Assembly (NCBI GenBank): GCA_050084515.1
Contig: CM114271.1
Coordinates: 4,588,001-4,652,000 of the forward strand
DNA: 64,000 nucleotides
Direction of reading: 5' to 3'
DNA from: Blasia pusilla
Lineage: Eukaryota
Shown here: piece after piece, positions 58,186-64,000 of the stretch
Numbering within the stretch: the stretch's first letter is position 1
Layout of the letters: every line of letters begins with the position of its first letter
Made by a program: the position numbers and the translations under genes
Notes under the pieces: generated by a model
The model's input: only the letters and a program-made list of their open reading frames with translations
The model's database searches: none
Told to the model about the DNA's origin: nothing

Positions 58186-59879
58186 TACCGGTATAAATGA
58201 AACAACTACAACATGAAGATGCTTGAATTTTTGCTGTAGTGAATATGCCTAATATCAATCACTTAAAATGACACAAAGAGAAAGTCGTGTAGTTCATTTT
58301 GAATTGAAAATACATGCATGCACAACCGAATGTAATAGCAAGGTTCTTGGATGATCAATCAGAACATAAGAAAGGAAGTGAAAATCTATATATATAAGCG
58401 GTATAGTCCGGAGGAGACACTTGATGATTCAACACAATATCATAGTGTATCATAAGATCTCAGTAAGAAGACATGGTTCAAGTGGCAAAATTCTATGAAT
58501 AATGGAGTAGTGAAGACTGAAAGTGTATGATATTGTCTTGAGAGGCACTAGTTGAGCATGACATCTTCTGCCTGCAAGAAGAACATGTCACATTACAATC
58601 ATGATGAAACACCAGGAATGAACTAAACAAGAGCTGAAATGAATGTTTTAAAAAGAAACATGTATGTCAAATTTGCAAATTCTAAAGAACATAAAACACA
58701 AGAAGTTGAAGTGAACCTACTTGCTCATGTGCTATGCGCATTTGTGCTTTTTTTGTGAAGTAACTATCCCACTAGAATCGTAGGATGGACCTGGAGTAGA
58801 TTTGTCACTTGGGAAGTCATCAATAATGATTGTATTAGCTTGAGTAGTGGCTCGAACAGAGTTTCTTGCAGATGTAGTGGTTGGTTGTAATGGAGTTGGT
58901 GCAATTTCATCAAGATCTGGTGGAGTCGGTAGATTGTGTGGATCATCAAGGTTAATACGCAATGGCTCAAAGTCAGGAAGCTGACCGGCTTCTTTAGCTG
59001 ATTTCATATGTTCCAAAAGGTGATTTGCCTTGACTGAGTTTAGATCAAACAACATACTTAATGGTAGATGCATCTCATGTTTGAATGTGCAGAGTTGATC
59101 CAATCTGATCCCCCCCCCCAAGACTACACTAAACAACCTAGCACCGTCCTTACGTGTCAATATAGTTTCTTTGAAATCTACATTCTTGAACCTCGGTGCT
59201 TCTTTCTGGATTCCTAAGAATCAAAGCAATAAGGCTAACATTAATAATTGAAGAGTTCAACTGTAATAGTAAAAAGCAACTGAGATGAAAAAAAATGATA
59301 GTCTACCTGTTGCACGTCCATCCTTATTGATGCGCCTGAATTTAGAGTCCCAAATTTGGCCTTGACCAATCAAGGTTTGAATTTTTCGTCTTATAACTCC
59401 ATGTTCCCAGAACGGTGGCTGGTATCCTAGGTTGTCTAAGTACTTCATCTGGTTTTCAGTGCGAGTTGTGAAATGTGGACGTATATCATGCTACTGTGAA
59501 TTTATGTCCTCCAATATCATGCTCGCAAAGTCCAGATAAGAACTTGGAACCTACAATACTATGTAAGATTATTATAAAGTACATATTCTAAGAAACAAAC
59601 CAGAAAGTTGAACTAGATTACGTGTTGGGATTGAACTTTAGTGTGGCGTGGAGATAGTGGTCGCTCGGGCACAACCACTGTGGGATTAGTCTCGTGCTCA
59701 TAGAGTGGAAGACCTTGTCCAACTTGCGATGTGTTCAATATGTAGGCAACCTGACTTGAATGTCGTGACCCTCATCCTCTAGATGGGTTGGCCCAAGAAG
59801 ACATGTTGTTCTAAATGCAACAAAGAAGTGTGTTTGAGAGTTTGAAATATTTCTAGAACATTGTAATGACTTTGAAATC

Positions 59880-62800
59880 GGATGGCTCTAGCATACCAAA
59901 AATCCTCAGATTTTCTCTAGACTTCACACGTGATAACATAACATAGGCAAGTCCTAGTGCAAAAACTGATCTAATGACAAGGAGACAACGCCCAACTACA
60001 ATACATCCCTGAATTTATGTCCCGTGATAGCATACCCAATAATAAGTGGAAAGATATTTTTCATTTACTTTTTGTCAGAGTCCTACTTGAGAGTCGCAAA
60101 CTTTGTCCTTGAAATTGTAACAAGCTTGTCGTTAGATAAAATTCTAACTAAAATACTCACTAGTTCGTCATGTTTGTACAGTAGATCAGACACAATCCCC
60201 AAAGATCCATTGGATGATTGTAATTTCATGTTTATATTACAAGTGAGCACAACTTTACAGTGAAGTGCAAGAAATGGCAATTGGTGGAAAGTGTCATCTG
60301 CTAGCCAAGTAGCAAATGCTAATTCATGAGGTGCATATGACTTGACATGAATTTGAACAATGGAGGCATCTCCAAATAAACGTCTTAATGTCACGAGATT
60401 GAACAATGCAACATCTTCACAATGGGTGCAAATGATTGTTGTATCAGCATGTATAAAGTCTGCAACTTCATTCTTAGAAACAAAACAATTACCTAAACAT
60501 GCCATTATTTGTTCGTTAGATGGTGGAGCAATTCTTATGGTTAACAGAAACTCTAAGTATTCTCTATCTTTATGTTGCCTAATTGGAATGAATTGTGGTA
60601 GCTTTAACATGAAGCCTAACAGCTATAATGCCAGTTGTGGCAGTCAAAAGAGGACACACATCTACAGATTTCTAGTAAGAATACATATAGGATATGAAGA
60701 ATTTTTTTCCACATCCGGGTGGACCTTTGAGAATTACAAGTCTGAATTTCCGAGTGGATAATTGTGAGAATAATAGCTGATGTTCATCATTCAGTAGGGT
60801 AATGTCTAAAAGTTCAGATGGAGTGTCATCAAGGTATGTAAGTGTTGTGGGATGGTCTGAAGGTGGTGATAAAATCTCATGAATGTCTAATTCAAATTGA
60901 GGTCTGAGAAGGTATGTAGGTGTTGTGGGATGGTCTAAAGGTGGTGATAAAATCTCATGAATGTCTAATTCAAATTGAGGTCTGAGAAGGTATGTAGGTG
61001 TTGTGGGATGGTCTGAAGGTGGTGATAAAATCTCATGAATGTCTAATTCAAATTGAGGTCTGAGAACATCAAGAGTTTTAGCAAGTATTTCTCTTGTGTG
61101 AACAGTAATCCATATGTTTCCAAATGCATGATTTTTAATAAGGGCTTGGACATCATCTAGACTTGTAATAATATCTTTGTAAGCACATTCATGAAGGTAT
61201 GTCCACAATGCATTATCAGACGACATTAAAGTGGACTCAGAACGAAATGGAACCTCATATGTCAAGGTCATATAGAAGAATTCATTCCATTGATATAAAG
61301 GGTGGAACTCTATGACTCTAACAATTCTTTCTGTACTACACACTATTTTACCTAGATTGTCTATGCCAAATACATTTTTCAACTTGCTAGGATATGATTT
61401 GAACGATTCATATTGTGATCAGTATTCTATGAAAGTGAGGAACTCAAGCTCTAAAGTTCTTTTTGAATAAATAATTGAGGGATGTATGTATGGAACTGAA
61501 GCATTCTTATATAATGAATTTCTTCTACTTGGTGGATTACTGTCTATGTAGTGAACGGCTTGTGATTTGTATATAATTGGAATTTGCATCGATGTAAGGG
61601 AAGCCTCGGTTGAGGACACTGAATGATTCAATACTACTCCTAATACAAGCTTCAACTTCATCTCATCTAAAGATCCAAGACCCAAACAGCGAGTTGTATT
61701 AGTGTCTATGTCAAGAGATCCACTTGGCTCCGATTTTAAAGCATATTTAAGCAGATAGAATGATCAGTCAGTATTGGTAACTCACTGAATTTTCATGTGA
61801 GCCCCCCCATAAGAGAAGTATAAGTGGATGATATGGAATCACGTTGCGGTGGTGGAGGGATGGCCTAAAGTAAGTCCATCTTATAGTTTTTGGATCATTG
61901 AAGGGTGTTGTCTTAAGATTTGGACTGATAGGAAAACCTAACCAACAATCCGGTTTCTTGTTTCTTTTTCTCAAAATACAAACATTATCCTTGCATCTAT
62001 GTAATTTTTTACTTACTACATAATCAAACATAATACTCACCGTGTTGAGTCTCTTCTCTGTAGCCAAAGCATTTAATCGTGTATGTGGTTTTGAGGGAAT
62101 GTAACAGCAAGAATCTGTGGATCGGAAAGAATAAATTGAAAATGGAATGTTTGTAGGCGAGCTGAAGTGTGGAAAATTTGGGCACATTTTGAGGGTACGT
62201 CACACCATGTAAAGTCTTTTTTAAATTGTACCAGTAAGTTCTGTATATCAACAATCTCAATCCAATGTGTGGGTGAGGCTTCATCGGAGGTTAGTGTCAA
62301 GAAAAAGTGGGGCATGCCCCATTTATGTACCATTTCTTTTAGGTCTTTGAGATGCCTTCTGTGCCAAGAAGGACTACCGAGTAATTACGGGCTAATGGAA
62401 TATTTAGATAAATGCTTGTATAAGTCTTCTTCTTTTAAGGTTGGCTTATCTTTCCTAAGCTTGTTGAGTTCTCTATCTAGTATGAAGGTCCTACTTGCTG
62501 AGCATAGAGCAATAGACTATCATAATTTTTACATTAGTAGAGTGTACGGTTTGTAGAGAGAAAAGATATTGAGCGATTGTCTAGATTTGTTTCGTATGTA
62601 GTCGGAAAATGTGGAATGACCAGTATAAAACCCACGTAAGAAGGGAAATAAAAATGGAAATAAAGTTGTCTCTAATGTAAATTTGGAATCTAAAGAACTT
62701 CCAGATGAATTAGCAAGAAGAGTAGTGCGCAAACTTGAGGATGACCTCAGCAAAAGGCTACCACTGTCAAATATGTCAGTAGATTTTCTTCGTTTCATAG

Positions 62801-63521
62801 GAACTGAGTATGAAACATCTTTTAGTACATTTAAATGAGGATGATAGGGATTGTACTCCATGTTGTATGTAACTTGACCTTTAAGCTGAGATGAGCTTAT
62901 TATAGATTGAACACATGACTCAGATAGAATAACCAGGCCACAAGATGGATTTGGTACCTCTAGTAGAGTGAGATGAATCTTGTATAGCTCATTTGTCTGG
63001 AAATTTATGGATAGTATACATTTTAAGGCTGGACATAGGGCATCAGTGTTAGCATCTATACTGGTTTTCATGTTAAATGCCATTAAAGGGGAATCCAACA
63101 ATGAAGACATCTTGAAGAAACCCTTATGGAACCCATTGAACTTAGTTTCTATTCCGATCCTTGAGTCTACAATGGAGAGTAGTTGTAATTTTAATGGATC
63201 TACGCTTAGTATAGTCCGTAAATAAGACAAAGTCATGTACACATTCAAAGCTGTCTTGGGATTGCTAGAAACGAATGTGTCACAAACATGGAAGTGATTC
63301 AACCAAGGTACAATATACTCCCTTAGGAACCCGTTACATAATGCATAAGGTGGAGGACTATCTGAGTGAACAACATCCATCTTAGAACGTGGATTACTGA
63401 ACAACACAATACCACAATAACCACAACACTGCATTTTCTTTATGATGGAAGAATAGGTCTCTTGCCATTTCAGCAAATATACATTTGTTGATGGCCAATG
63501 AGTGCAATGTGGTGAAGACAT
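59880..63521 (-). pseudogene. Helitron Rep/PIF1-helicase (RepHel), frameshifted and internally deleted
   Basis: Rep motifs GMPHFFLTLTSDE, NVIPYHPLILLLW and YLLKYALKSEP; helicase motifs GPPGCGK, IRQHKD, NGSLGIV, YAITGHK and LAYVMLSRV. Confidence 0.9.
60832..61065. repeat. three in-frame 78-bp tandem units (LRPQFELDIHEILSPPSDHPTTPTYL)
   Basis: units start at 60832, 60910 and 60988. Confidence 0.95.
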
Positions 63522-64000
63522 TAATTTTTTTTCACATTGACTTTCTCACGTGTAGATGATCTACATCTTTTGAGTTTTGTCTTATGTAAAATGAAAGATG
63601 TCCGAAATTTCACCTTTCTTAAGTTATGATAAATTGCTGATTGTAGTGGTTAAGAAATCACTTGTAATGCAGTTAGTGGTGGTCTATTGGTTGCTGACTG
63701 CGATTTCTGAATGTTGTCCCTAACCATTACTGTTTATTTATGTAGATAATCTAACAAATTGAATTATGGACTGAGAGATACAAAACTATACTCTTATTAA
63801 ATTACGCATAAGCCCGTGTTCTAATTTTGCATCTGAATGCTACTGATATCAATGGATAAACAATTCCAATATTAGCCACATATAAATGGGTTACAAAGAT
63901 GGTCTGGATACTTTATATGTGGACATTTGGTATCTTAATGTTCATAAGCATGTAAGCGCTTGAATTCAATGATGGTAATGGTATCACACGATATTGTATG

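Larger units (their letters stand above)
51264..59770 (-). pseudogene. multi-exon gene of unknown function downstream of RepHel; last exon (57854-57760 + 51597-51264) split by the Gypsy insertion
   Basis: GT-AG-bounded coding segments at ~59620-59750, ~59307-59549, ~58720-59213 and from 57854; a few stops and frameshifts; coiled-coil C-terminus. Confidence 0.6.
50439..64000 (-). mobile_element. large decayed Helitron-like element (5' end beyond the window; putative 3' CTAG at 50439-50442)
   Basis: RepHel remnants at 59880-63521 and a same-strand passenger gene; CTAG|T preceded by a CpG-decayed hairpin where composition shifts sharply. The 3' boundary is inferred. Confidence 0.55.

Overview
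Eukaryotic land-plant nuclear DNA (GT-AG introns, CT/GA microsatellites, CpG-decayed transposons). The TE complement looks bryophyte-like, but that is inference. Two intact genes are present: an intronless, mostly disordered 529-aa protein with a C-terminal CxxC..CxxC motif (9668-11257, +) and a 15-exon FAN1 nuclease (41514-48614, -). The rest is mostly decayed, nested mobile DNA: Gypsy pieces, a CACTA-bounded block carrying a TNO1-like gene fragment, an RTEX-type LINE, a Copia, two hAT-like MITEs, and a large Helitron with a spliced passenger pseudogene. The most unusual structure is a 6.2-kb Gypsy-type insertion (51602-57759) with TG..CA ends and a 4-bp TSD; removing it restores an open exon. 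Its repeats are arranged A1...B1-A2-B2 rather than as two ordinary LTRs, and its integrase is followed by a PHD finger. All annotation was done by eye, with no database searches, and TE boundaries are approximate unless stated.
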